Assembly: GCA_030390025.1 (NCBI GenBank)
Contig: CM059449.1
Location: 36,518,001-36,582,000, forward strand
Origin: Squalus acanthias
Lineage: Eukaryota
Direction: 5' to 3'
DNA: 64,000 nucleotides
A program made the translations under genes and the position numbers. Positions within the stretch are counted from its first letter, which is position 1. Each line of letters opens with the position of its first letter. Positions 35,411 through 47,907 of the stretch are shown piece after piece. The notes under the pieces are model-generated. The model was not told the origin of the DNA. It made no database searches and saw only the letters and a list, made by a program, of their open reading frames with translations.

Positions 35411-38005
35411 AACAACAACTACTTGTATTTCTCGAGCGCCTTTAACCGAGTGAAACGTCTCGAGGCGCTTCACAGGAGCGAATATCAGACAGAATCTGAG
35501 ACCGAGCCACAATAGGAGATATTAGGACAGGAGGCAGGTTTTGAGGTGAAGAGGTTTAGGGAGGGAATTCCAGAGCTTGGGCCCAGGCAGCTGAAGGCAC
35601 GGCCGCCAATGGTGGACTGATTAAAATCCAGGAGCGCAGAGATCTCGGGGTTGTGGGGCTGGAGGAGATTACAGAGATAGGGAGGGGCGAGGCCATGGAG
35701 GGATTTGCAAACAAGGATGAGAAATTTAAAATCGAGGCGTTGCCGGACCGGGAGCCAATGTAGGTCAGTGAGCCCAGGGGTGATGGGTGAACGGGTGGGA
35801 GTTAGGACACGGGCAGCAGAGCTTTGGATGAGCTCAAGTTTACGGAAGGTGGAAGATGGGAGGCCGGCCAGGAGTGCGTAGGAATAGTCAAGTCTAGAGC
35901 TAACAAAGGCATGGATAAGGTTTCAGCAGCAGATGAGCTGAGGCAGAGCTGGAGTCGAGCAACATTACAGAGGTGGAGGTAGGCGTTCTTGGTGATGGAG
36001 CGGCTATGTGGTCGGAAGGTCATCTCAGGGTCAAATCGACGCAAAGGTTGTGAACGGTCTGGTTGAGCCTCAGACAGTTGCCAGAGAGAGGGATGGAGTC
36101 AGTGGCTCGGGAACGGAGTTTGTGGCAGGGACCGAAGATAATGGCTTCGATATTACAAATATTTAGTTGCTGGAAACTTTTGCTCATACAGTACTAGATG
36201 TCGGACAAGCAGCGTAACAATTTAGAGATGGTGGAGAGGTGGTGGTGAGGTAGAGCTGGGTGTTGGAATCTGACGTGTTTTCGGATGATGTCACCGTGGG
36301 GTAACATGTCGATGAGAAACAGTATATATAGAACCTTGGGGGGCCTCGAGAGGTAACAGTGCGGGAGCGGGAAGAGATGCCATTACAGGTGAGTCTCTGG
36401 CTACAACAGGATACATAAGAATGGAACCAGGCGAGGGCAGTCCCACCCAGCTGGACAACGGAGGAGAGGCATTGGAGGAGGATGGTCGCGACAGACAGCT
36501 CAAAAAGAGCGAGGAGGGATAGTTCATCACAGTTACATAGGATGTCATTTGTGACTTTGACAAGGGCCGTTTCAGTACTGCAGCTGGGGCGGAAACCTGA
36601 TTGGAGAGATTCAAACGTGGAGTTGCAGGAAAGATGGGCACAGATTTGGGAGGCGACAGCACGTTCAAGGACTTTGGAGAGGAAAGGGAGTTTGAGATGG
36701 GGTGGTAGTTTGCAAGGACAGAGGGTCAAGGGTGGGTTTTTTGAGGAGGGTGGTGATGACGGCAGATTTGAAGAGGAGGGGGACAGTACCTGCGGAGAGG
36801 GAACCGTTTACAATATCAGCTGGGGGCCGGGAAGGGAATTTGGACGGTCAGCAGTTTGGTGGGAATAGGGCTGAGGAAGCGGGAGGTGGGTCTCAGGGAC
36901 AAGATGAGCTGGGAGAGGCCGTGAGGGAAGTTAGGAGAGAAACTCGATAAAGATGTGAGGCTAGGGCAGGGGGGAACCGTAGGGAAAGTTTGGCTTGGTG
37001 GGCTGGGGGGGAGGGAGGGAGGCGGCAGAGGCAGCTGAACGGATGGTCTCAATCTTAGTAACAAAGAAATCCATGAGCTCCTCGTACTTGTTGGAGGTGA
37101 GGGTGGAGGAGGCTGGGGAGATGAGTTTAAGAAGATGGTTTGTAGTGGAGAAGAAAAGCCAGGGGTTAAATTGGCATTCCCGGATGATCCTGGAATAGTG
37201 AGCAGTTTTGGCAGAGGAGAGCAGGAGCCGATAGTGCTTCATGTGGTCCAGCCAGATCTGGTGCTGAATGACTAAACCAGCTGTTCACCATAAAAATTCA
37301 AGCCTGCGTCCCCTGGCCTTAAGGGAGTAGAGACGAGGGCCGCACCGGGGGAACGACCAGAGTGAGAGCAACGATGGCGTTAAGCTGCACGGTCGGTCTG
37401 GAGGTCGGGCACAGGCCCCTCACTGGGGAAACCGCGCAGGCCCGTCTCTGGCTTTAACACCGGTGAAACCGCGCATGTGTGAAAATTTGAATGGGCCGCA
37501 CAGCCAATTAAAGGGGCTGCGCACGGGGAAAACAATTACAGGGAACATTGCATGAGAGAGAGTAATGGTTTTAGGGCATCACAGGTGGAGGTGAGGGTGT
37601 GATTGAGCAGATCGGTAGCAGCAGAAATATCACGGTGAATGGAGGGCCAAAGTCTAGACAGTTGGAAATTTGGAATTGTGGCTGTCAGTGACTTGGGAGG
37701 GTTTTTTTTCCAGGAAGTGGGATTGGAAGGAGGGATGGGAGTGGAGAGGATACAAAGAAGTGATCAGAGATGGCCTTATCTGTGATTGACACGATGGGAG
37801 TAGAGAGGCCACGTCAGTGAAGTGGCCGGGCTGGTTCTATATCCCGAGAGCGAATGGTCAGGGTTCAGAGCTGGAGGACGGGACAACCAAGGACAGGGAG
37901 GCTGTGAAACTGAGGCAGGTGTTGAGGGAAACCAAGAAAGTGGGGACGTGAATGGAGCACGGTGGAAAAAGCAGATAAAAAGGTGAGGAAGCCGGTGTCA
38001 CTGGT
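35410..38005 (-). mobile_element. Degenerate L2-clade LINE
   Basis: RT LPFLSKVLER..ASQI...LQSGFRPSCSTETALVKVTND and upstream AKTAHYS...FFVTKIETIR; L2 tail near 35415-35500. Confidence 0.85.
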
Positions 38006-38099
38006 CAAGGTTTTACATTAACAGCCTCTGAAATTGCCCAGGATATAACATTGGCTAAAGGTTTCAGGCAGTGACAATAAAGCAGATGGATATAAGAAA

Positions 38100-38535
38100 G
38101 AAAGAAAGAACTTGTATTTATAAACTGCCTTTCACAACCTCAGTTTGCCTCTGAGCGTTTTACAGCCAATGAAATACTTTTGAAGTGTAGTCATTTTGTA
38201 ATGTTGGAAACACGGCAGCCAATTTATATACAGCAAAACCCACAAACAGCAATGTGACAACAACCAGATTATCTGTTTACTGATGTTGGTTGAGGGATAA
38301 ATGTTGGCCAGGACACCGGGGAGAATTCCCCTGTTCCACTTCGAATAATGCCACGGGATATTTTACATCCACCTGAGAGGGCAGATGGGTCCTCAGTTTA
38401 ACGAATTATCCGAAAGACAGCACCTCTGACAGTGCAGCACTCCCTCCGTACTGCATTGGAGAGTCAGCCTAGATTTTGTGCTCAAGTCTCTGGAGTAGGA
38501 CTTGAACCCATAATCTTCTGACTCGGAGGTCAAGG
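38100..38535 (-). mobile_element. Deu-domain SINE
   Basis: Reverse complement of the 16135 copy (ggacttgaaccc B-box, ggccaggacaccgggg core). Confidence 0.8.
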
Positions 38536-38879
38536 AAGAAGAGGCAGCTAGAAATCCAGAGAAGATAGTTTGGATAAAGATGTAGTCTGCAAGACACAGA
38601 GAGATTGTAATTGTAGGGGAGTCCTTGCTCAGGAAACCAGATAGCTCCACCTCTCCACCAACACTCGACCCTTCCACTGCCTCTGTGTTGTCAGACTGAT
38701 TGTCCAAGATCCAGTCTTGGGTGAGCCACAATTTCCTCCAGTTATGCACTGGGAAGGCCAAATCCATCATCCTTGGCCTCACCACCGATTCCCCGGACAT
38801 TGTCTCAGGACGAATCCGACTGTTCTCACCCTCGGCGTCTTATTCGATCCCGAGCTGAGTTTCCTCTCCCGCCAAGAAG

Positions 38880-39281
38880 CCCACCTACTTCCACCTCTGT
38901 AACACTGGAATGTCTTCACCCTACTTCCACCTCTGTAACACTGGAATGTCTTCACCCTACTTCCTCCTCTGTAACACTGGAATGTCTTCATCTGACTTCC
39001 ACCTCTGTAACACTGGAATGTCTAAACCCTACTTCCACCTCTGTAACACTGGAATGCCTTCACCCTACTTCCACCTCTGTAACACTGGAATGTCTTCACC
39101 CTACTTCCACCTCTGTAACACTGGAATGTCTTCACCCTACTTCCACCTCTGTAACACTGGAATGTCTTCACCCTACTTCCACCTCTGTAACACTGGAATG
39201 TCTTCACCCTACTTCCTCCTCTGTAACACTGGAATGTCTTCACCCTACTTCCACCTCTGTAACACTGGAATGTCTTCACCC
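38880..39281 (+). repeat. 36-bp minisatellite, ~11 copies, expanded inside an L2 fragment (38640-41580)
   Basis: Unit ccctacttccacctctgtaacactggaatgtcttca. The flanks are L2 RT sequence (GVLFDPELSF before, SAETA..VTSRLDYSN after). Confidence 0.92.
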
Positions 39282-39599
39282 TTCGCTCAGCCCATCTGCT
39301 GAAACCGCCATTGCCATTGTCACCTCCAGACTCGACTATTCCAATGTCGTCCTATCTGGCCTCATCCTCCATAAACTTCAGTTCATCCAAAACCCTGCTG
39401 CCTGGATCTTGTCCCGCTCACCCATAAGTCCTGTCCTTACTGACCTGCATTGATCCCTGGTCCCCCAATACCTCTCATTTAAAATTCTCATCCTCACGTT
39501 TAAATCACTTTGTGTCCTTGGCCCTTTCTATCTACCAGGAACATCGGAACAGGAGTAGGCCATTCAAACCTTCAAACCTAATATTATTCATTTAAACCT

Positions 39600-41035
39600 T
39601 CGATATTTAAAAAAGGTGGTAGAGAGAAAACGGGGAATTATAGACTGGTAAGCCTGACATTGGTAGTGGGGAAAATGCTAGAGTCCATTATAAAAGATGT
39701 AATAGCAGAGCACTTGGAAAACAGTGACAGGATCGGACAAAGTCAACATGGATTTACAAAAGGTAAATCATGCTTGACTAATCGATTGGAATTTTTTGAG
39801 GATGCAACTGGTAGAATAGATAAGGGAGAACCAGTGGATGTGGTGTATTTGGACTTTCAGAAGGCTTTCGATAAGGTCCCGCATAAGAGATTAGCGTGCA
39901 ACGTTAAAGCACATGGGATTGGGGGTAAGGTACTGACTTGGATAGAAAACTGGTTGGCAGACAGGAAGCAAAGAGTTGGAATAAACGGGTCTTTTTCCGA
40001 GTGGCAGGCAGTGACTAGTGGGGTACCGCAGGGATCGGTGCTAGGACCCCAGCTATTCACAATATATATTAATGATCTAGACGAGGGAACTAGATGTAAT
40101 ATCTCCAAGTTTGCAGATGACACAAAGCTGGGTGGGCGTGTGTGCTGTGAGGAGGATGCAGAGAAACTCCAGTATGATTTGGACAGGTTGGGTGATTGGG
40201 CAGATGCATGGCAGATGCAGTATAATGTGGATAAATGCGAGGTTATCCACTTCGGTGGTAAAAACAGGGAGACAGATTATTATCTGAATGGCAATAGATT
40301 GGGAAAAGGTGAAGTGCAAGGAGACCTGGGTGTCCTTGTGCACCAGTCGCTGAAGGTAAGCATGCAGGTGCAGCAGGCGGTTAAGAAGGCAAATGGTATG
40401 TTGGCCTTCATAGCGAGAGGATTCAAGTACAGGAGCAAGGATGTCTTGCTGCAGTTGTACAGGGCCTTGGTGAGACCACACCTTGAGTATTGTGTGCAGT
40501 TTTGATCACCTTATCTGAGAAAGGATGTTCTTGCCATGGAGGGAGTGCAGCGAAGATTCACCAGACTGATACCTGGGATGGCAGGAATGATGTATGAAGA
40601 GAGATTGGGTCGATTAGGCTTATCTGGAGTTTAGAAGAATGAGAGGGGATCTCATTGAAACTTATAAAATTCTAACAGGACTAGACAGACTAGATGCAGG
40701 AAGGATGTTCCTGGTGGCGGTGGAGTCCAGAACCAGGGGTCACAGTCTAAGGATAAGGGGTAAGCCATTTAGGACTGAGATGAGGAGGAATTTCTTCACC
40801 CAGAGAGTGGTGAACCTGTGGAATTCTCTACCACAGAAGGCAGTTGAGGCCAATTCATTAAATATATTCAAGAAGGAGTTAGATATATTTCTTAAGGCTA
40901 AAGGGATCAAGGGATATGGGGAGAAAGCAGGGACAGGGTACTGAGTTTGGATGATCAGCCATGATCTCATTAAATGGCGGAACAGGCTCGAGGGGCTGAA
41001 TGGCCGACTCCTGCTCCTGTCTTCTATGTTTCTAT
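39600..41035 (+). mobile_element. CR1 LINE RT and 3' end (young, few disablements)
   Basis: 281-aa RT ORF 39660-40505 with QHGFTKGKSC, YLDFQKAFDKVPH, SGVPQGSVLGP and FADDTK. Confidence 0.95.
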
Positions 41036-41634
41036 CCTGTTCCACCATTCAATTAGATCATGGCTGATCTGTATCTTAACTCCATCTGTCCGCCTTGGCT
41101 CTTTAACCCTTGAGACCCTTGCCTAACAAAAATCTATCAATCTCAGTTTTGAAATTTTTATTTGACCCCCAGCCTCAACAACTATCTGGGGGAGTGTTCC
41201 AGATTTCCACTGCCCTTTGTGTGAAGAGGTGCTTTCTGACATCAGCCCTGAACATCCGAACTCTAACTTTAAGATTTTGCCCCTTGTTCTAGACTCAGCC
41301 CGGCCCCCGGCCCCCCAACCAGTGGAAATGGTTTCTCTCCATCTACCCTATCAAATCCTTTAATCTTAAAACACCACAATTAATCACCCTTAATCTTCTA
41401 TCAGCTGCCAAGGCCCTATAGAATTCCCTCCCTAAACCTCTCCGCCTCTCGACCTCTCTTTCCTCCTTTAAGACGCTCCTTAGAATCTTTTGGTCATCAG
41501 CCCTAAATCTCCTTATGAGGCTCGGTGTCAAATTTTGTCTGATAATCGCTCCTGTGAAGCACCTTCTCACCTTTCTCCACATGTCCTGCTCTAGTTACAG
41601 GAACACTCTGCACCATTCTATGTGGTACAAACAT

Positions 41635-42367
41635 GGCTGTTGTATGGCCCGGGGCGGGGGGGGGGGTGCTGGGGTCTGTTGTATCCCCGGGGGGGGGGGG
41701 ACTGGGGGCTGTTGTATCCCCGGGGGGAGGGGGAGGGGGACTGGGGACTGTTGTATCCCCGTGGGGGGAGGGGGACTGGGGACTGTTGTATCCCCGGGGC
41801 GGGGGGGGAGGGGGACTGGGGACTGTTGTATCCCCGGGGGGGGGGGGGGGGGGGGGAGGGGGAATGGGGGCTGTTGTATCCCCGGGGGGGGAGGGGGGAC
41901 TGTTGTATCCCCGGGGGGGTGGGGCTGGGCGGGGGGGACTGGGGGCTGTTGTATCCCCGGGGGGAGGGGGAGGGGGACTGGGGGCTGTTGTATCCCCGGG
42001 GGGGGACTGGGGACTGTTGTATCCCCGGGTTGGGGCGGGGACTGGGGACTGTTGTATCCCCGGGGGAGGGAGGGGTGGGGGGACTGGGGACTGTTGTATC
42101 CCAGGGGGAGGGGGAGGGGGGACTGGGGACTGTTGTATCCCCGGGGGGGGCGGACTGGGGACTGTTGTATCCCCGGGGGGGGGGGGGGGACTGGGGACTG
42201 TTGTATCCCCGGGGGGGGGGGGACTGGGGACTGTTGTATCCCCGGGGGGGGTGGAGGGGGGGGGACTGGGGTCTGTTGTATCCCCGGGGGGGGGGGGGGG
42301 GGGGTGACTGGGGACTGTTGTATCCCCGGGGGTGGGGGGGGAACTGGGGACTGTTGTATCTCCCGGG
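41635..42367 (+). repeat. Very G-rich minisatellite, ~19 units
   Basis: Constant GACTGGGGACTGTTGTATCCCC core separated by variable poly-G runs. Confidence 0.95.
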
Positions 42368-42404
42368 AGCCACAGGATTTTTACTGATTTTTTTGCTTTG
42401 ATCA

Positions 42405-43460
42405 GTTTTGGTAGGCGGAGCCTGCTCGGATACTTTGGGACAAATGGTCACCGTGGAAACACTGGGAGCCTCTGCAATGTTGATGAATGATCAGCCTGGA
42501 TCATCTGAAACCCCCAGAGCCAGTCAGGGAGTGCCTGCCTTTCAGGAAGAGGCGGCATTCACTGTGGGGCGTGTGGAAGGGGTTCAGGTGGGCCTGCCGA
42601 TCGGAGTTCACGCCGGAGAGAAACCATTTCAGAGTAAAGTGTCAAAAGAGACTGTCCACCTGGTCTAAGCTGATGATAGAGCTGACAGAGCAGCACCGAG
42701 CTCACACCGGAGAGAAACCATTCCAATGTACAGTGTGTAAAAAGAGATGACTCACCTCCTGTAACTTGAAGGTGCCTCAGTGAATCCACAGCGGAGGAGA
42801 GAAGCAGTTCGGATGTGCCCTGTGTGTCCAGTGGTTTACTCGGTCTCACTACTTGTCAGCCCATCAGTGGGTTCACACTGAGAGAAGCCGCTCGAATGTA
42901 CCGTGTGTGGAAAGCGATTTGACCCGTCCAGCCACTTGATAAATCATCAGTGAACTCACACCAGAGAGAAGCCATTCGAATGTACAGTGAGCGCCAAGAG
43001 CTTTAGCCGATCCAGTCACTTGACACTGCACCAGTGAACCCACACTGGAGAGAACATTTGAATGCATCGTGTGCGCCAAGTGGCTTGACTCTTCCAGTTG
43101 TTTGATGCAGCACCCGCGAATCCACTCCGAGGAGAAGCTGTTCGAATGCGCGGTGTGTGGGAAGTGAGCCCGGCCTGGCCTGCCACTTGACCATGCCTCA
43201 CTCCGGGGAGAAGCCGTTGCAGTGCGCGGTGTGTGGGAAGTGAGCCCGGCCTGCCACTTGACCGTGCCTCACACCGGGGAGAAGCCGTTGCAGTGCGCGG
43301 TGTGTGGGAAGTGATTCAGCCCGTCGTGTCGCTTGGCAGCGCACCAGCGAATCCACACCGGGGGGAAGCCATTCAGATGCACCATGTGCGCGAAGGGGTT
43401 TAATTCATCCGGCTGTTTGTTGCGACATCAACAAATCCACCCTGGGGAGACCACTTGAAT
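42405..43460 (+). pseudogene. C2H2 zinc-finger array pseudogene (~10 fingers)
   Basis: Repeated HTGEKPF.C.VC.K linkers with in-frame TGA stops and small indels. Pyrimidine-rich acceptors near 42404 and 42413. Confidence 0.88.
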
Positions 43461-44471
43461 TGTACTGAGTGAAATGCAATTGGACACAACTGGTTAGCTG
43501 CCACGCCAGAGGGAAACTGTTGAATGGACTGGATTCGCAACTGTCCCTGTTTCACTGAGATTCACAGAGTGAAACCAACTAAAAACACTTAAGGTTTGCA
43601 GTAATTTGATGTTTAGAATGGCCTCCTCTGCTGCAGCAACTGTGCCAATGAAGTTGATTATATCACTGCTCACAATCTCACGGCACAATATCGCACTTTC
43701 CCCCAGTGAATTACAGAATTAAGTGTCGGCTAAAAACATTGTATTTCCACAAGGGAGAGTGTAATTATAGGAACAGGAGTCGGCCATTTCGCCGTTTGAA
43801 CCTGTTCTGCCATTCAATGAGATCACGGCTGATCTGTGACCTAACTCCAAATACCCGCCTTTGCCCCAAACCTTTTAATACCTTTTGGTTAACAAAAATC
43901 TATCAATCTCCGATTTAAATTTAACAATTGACCTCGCGTCAATTGTGTTCCTGGAAGAGAGTTCCAATCCTCCACCACCCTTTGTGTATAGAAGTGTTTC
44001 CTAATTTCACTCCTGAAAGACCTGGCTCTGATTTTTAGACTATGCCCCTCAGTCATAGACTCCCCAACCAGCGGAAATAGTTTCTCTCTATCTACCCTAT
44101 CAGTTCCCCTTAATAACTCCATGCTGGTGTGCTTCATTGGGTAGTGTAAAGGGAGCTGTACGCTGCATTGAACACATTCTGTATCTGAGTCGGTTGTGCT
44201 TGGTGAACCAATTCAGCGAGAGCTTTACTCTGTATCTAACCCGTGCTGTACCTGAGCGAACAATTTTTGATGGGACAGTTTAGAGGGAGCTTTATTTTAT
44301 ATCTAACCCGTGCTGTACCTGCACTGAGAGTGTTAGATGGGACAGTGTAGAGGGAGCTTTAACCCAATATTGCCCATGATGTCTCCTCCAATTACTGCTC
44401 CGACGGTCCTAACACTTGATAACCCTGATGATCGCTCCACTAATGGCCTTTGACGCCTGTTCCTGTTACAG

Positions 44472-45982
44472 GGAATAGACTGGTTTCAGAAAACAGAGGT
44501 TGCGATAACCTGCCTTCTTCCAACAGCATTCCCTCAAACTGATTCTCACTGCCGAGCAGTTGGGAGACGCACTGCCTGATGTAAAGAGAGCAGAGACTTT
44601 GAGCTGTATAAAGCAAGAGGTGGACATGGGGGCCATTGAATATTACATAGAATTACACAAGATATACGGCACAGAAACAGGCCATTCGGCCCAACCAGTC
44701 CATGCCGGCGTTTATGTTCCACACGAGCCTCCTCCTGTCTTTCCTCATCTAAATCTATCAGCGTAACCCTCTATTCCCTTCTCCCTCATATGCTTGTCTC
44801 GCCTCCCCTTAAATACATCTATACTATTCGCTTCAACCACCCCCCGTGATAGCGAGTTCCACATTCTCACCACTCTCTGGGTAAAGAAGTTTCTTCTGAA
44901 TTCCCTATTGGATTTCTTGGTGACTATCTTATATTGATGGCATCTAGTTATGCTCTTCCTCACAAGTGGAAACATTCTCTCTGTATCCACGCCATCAAAC
45001 AGTTTCATAATTTTAAAGACCTCTATTAGGTCACCCTCAATCTTTTTTCAATCTGAATCTTAACCCCATTTACCCGCCTTGGTTCTGTATCCCTTAGTAC
45101 TCTTGCCTAACAAAAATCTATCAATCTTAGATTTGTAATTTTCAATTGATCCGCAGCATCAACAGCTTTTGGGGGAGACAGTTCCAGATTGCCACTACCC
45201 TTTGTGTGAAGAAGTGCTTCCTGACATCAGCCCCGAATGGCCTAGCTCTAACTTTAAGTTTATGCCCCCTTGCTGTGGACTCGCCTCCCAGAGGAAATGG
45301 GTCCTCATATTTGGAGGATGGGAGGGAGAACTCGCAAGGCGTAATTTTGGGAGTCTGTGCTCCCTACCTGGAGCCTCAGTATATGGGAGTGGGGTCGGAG
45401 ACAGGACTGATTGTACAACCTGCGATCATGCCCAGTGAGACTGCACACCAGGAGCAGTGCCTGGTCATGTGAGCTGGTAATACCTGGAGTGGGAGGGGCT
45501 TTGGCTGTTTAATTGTGATTGGCTTCTGGCTCCTTTGTGATGTCACCTGGCGACCGGTTTATGCCCCTGGTTACACACCAAGAGTGGGATGTCACTGTGG
45601 GAGTACCTGGAGTCGGCAGCAGATATGGAGAGTGAGTTTAGTCAATATAAATAGGGGCAAGGAAAGAAAAGAACAATTTAAGAGTAAAGTAAGTAATTCA
45701 ACCAAATGTCATTAATTGCAAATTTATTGAACTAATCATAGTCACAAAAACAGTTCCACTGTATTCCAGTTACAGATTCTAGAATTAATATTAATCATTT
45801 TTATATTACAAGTTTCTTGGAGTGAGCAATATCTCAGGAAGGTGGAGAGAGAGAAGTCGAATCATCACCACACTAACTGGGACTGGAGAAATGTCACTGG
45901 GTTTGCAGAGCAGATCTGGTGGGACAAGATCCCCAGAGTCAGAGACGGGATAAAACGGGAAGCTTCAACAATGATTGGAAAG
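44472..45982 (+). pseudogene. Unidentified two-exon cassette, copy 1 (exon X 44472-45631 split by a CR1 insertion ~44640-45298; exon Y 45813-45982)
   Basis: AG/GT sites are conserved in the duplicate copies. The frames contain stops and no domain is recognisable. Confidence 0.4.
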
Positions 45983-46554
45983 GTAAGGAACTCTACTGAG
46001 AATCCCATCAGTCCAGGATTTTGTCAAAGTGAGAGTCTAACCAGATACTGGGAGCTGTTCAACACTAGCCATCAGGCTCCGCCTTTGATGCGGCAAGTTG
46101 ACCGGAGCTCAACTTGTATATAAACCTTGCCCAGACCTCACCTGGGAGTGTTTGACACCTCCGTGCAGAGGGATTTTTATTCAGGATCAATCCCATGCTG
46201 TACCTGAGCTGGTGTGCTTCATTGGGTAGTATAAAGGGAGCTGTACACTGCATTTAACACATTCTGTATCTGAGTTGGCTGTGCTTGGTGAACCAATTTA
46301 GAGAGAGCTTTATTCTGTATCTAACCCGTGCTGTACCTGGCCTGGGAATGTTTAATGGGATAGTGTAGAGGGAGCTATACTTTACATCTAACACGTGCTA
46401 TACCTGACTTGGGAGTGTTTGATGGGACTGTGACAGGGAGCACTCTATCTAACCCGTTCTATACCTCACTTCTGAATTTTTTTATGGTAAAGAGTAGTGA
46501 CAGCTTTACTCTATATCTAACGCTTGCTGTACCTGCTCTGGGAGTGTTTGATGG

Positions 46555-47040
46555 ACAAAATTGAGAGGTCGCACAACACCAGGTTATAGTCCAACAGTTT
46601 TGTTTGAAATCACAAGCTTTCGGAGCTATCGATTGCCCCTTCCTCAGGTGAAGTAAATTAGATACAGAATCGCCAAAGCATATATAGATAGAGAACAAAG
46701 CATGTGTACCTTACAATTGCAGACCACTAAATTAAATCATCCTGACTATCTGCCGAGGTGTGATAAAGTTAATCAAGTCAGCCAGGAAGGTACCACATCA
46801 AAGACATAGTAAGATACAACTGAGACAATGAGGTGTAGTCGCAGGGGTTCTAACGTGTCAAAAGCTGCCGTCTGTATGTAAAACGAAAAGCTTTAAATTT
46901 TTCACTGGGAAAATTTTTACTTTTTTACTGGGAATCACATCTGTGAACAAGCCAACGACGACTCGAGTCCGGATCACGTCATGTATCGTGACATAAACCC
47001 AAGATCCCGGTTGAGACCGTCTTCATGAGTGCGGAACTTT
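46555..47040 (-). mobile_element. Penelope-like 3' fragment with a hammerhead-like core (46614-46648)
   Basis: The minus strand encodes KFRTHEDGLNRDLGFMSRY and reads CTGAGGA-AGGGGC...GCTCC-GAAAGCTT. Same family as 33331-34304. Confidence 0.8.
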
Positions 47041-47905
47041 GATGGGACAGTGTAGAGGGAGCTTTACTCTGTATCTAACATGTGCTGTACCTGCTCTGGG
47101 AGTGTTTGATAGGACCGTGTAGAGGGAGCTTTACTCTTTATCTTACCCATGCTGTACATCTCCTGTGATGGTTTGATGGGACAGTGTAGAGGGATACTTA
47201 CACTATACCTTACCCGTACGATACCTGCCCTGGGAGTGTTTGATGAAACTGTGTGCAGGGAGCTTTACTCTGTATCTAACCTGTGCTATACCTGCCCTGG
47301 GTTTGTCTGTTGGGACAGTGCAGAGAGAAATTTACACTGTATCTAACCTGTATTATACCTGACTTGGGATTGTTTGTTGGGACAGTGTACAGGGAGCTTT
47401 ACTCTGTATCTAGTCCCTGCTGTACCAGCCCTGGAACTGTTTGGGACCATGTAGAGGGAGCTTTACTCTGTATCTAACCCGTGCTATACCTGCCCTGGGA
47501 TTGTTTGATAGGACAGTATAGAGGGAGCTTTACACTATCTAACCCATGCTATACCTGACCTGCGAGTGTTTGATGGTACAGTGTAGGCGGAGCTATACTA
47601 TCTAACCCGTGCTGGACTTGCCCTGGGACTATTTGATAGGTACGTGTAGAGTGAGCTTTACTCTTTATCTAATCCGTGCTGTATCTGCCCTGGGACTGTT
47701 TGATGGGACCGTGTAAAGGGAGCTTGACTCTTTATCTAACACGTGCATTACCTGCCCGGGGATTGTTTGATAGGACAGTGTAGTGAGAGATTTACTTTGT
47801 ATCTAACCCGTGCTATACCTGACCTGTGAGTGTTTGATGGTACAGTGTAGAAGGAGCTTTGCTCTGTATCTAACCCTTGATGTACCTGCCCTGGGAGTGT
47901 TTGAC
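47041..47905 (+). repeat. 67-bp satellite, ~13 copies (scattered units also at 44220-44365, 46300-46555, 48770-48915, 62200-62240, 63840-63885)
   Basis: Unit gatgggacagtgtagagggagctttactctgtatctaacccgtgctgtacctgccctgggagtgttt. Confidence 0.92.
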
Positions 47906-47907
47906 AG

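Noticed and set aside
37370-37550. Small element ending GGAACATTG (similar end at 50096-50205), possible hAT MITE
   Set aside because: The left TIR and 8-bp TSD are too degenerate to call by eye.
41515-42451. Long Gly-rich and Pro-rich ORFs on both strands
   Set aside because: Artefacts of the poly-G minisatellite.
42748-43314. Selenocysteine or programmed read-through at the many in-frame TGAs of the ZNF
   Set aside because: The TGAs sit at Arg (CGA) positions, not Cys, and are accompanied by indels and lost Cys/His ligands, so CpG decay explains them.
45870-45960. NWDWRNVTG resembling the cathepsin C/Z mature N-terminus
   Set aside because: No Q..CGSCW catalytic motif follows, and substitutions between copies favour a different frame.
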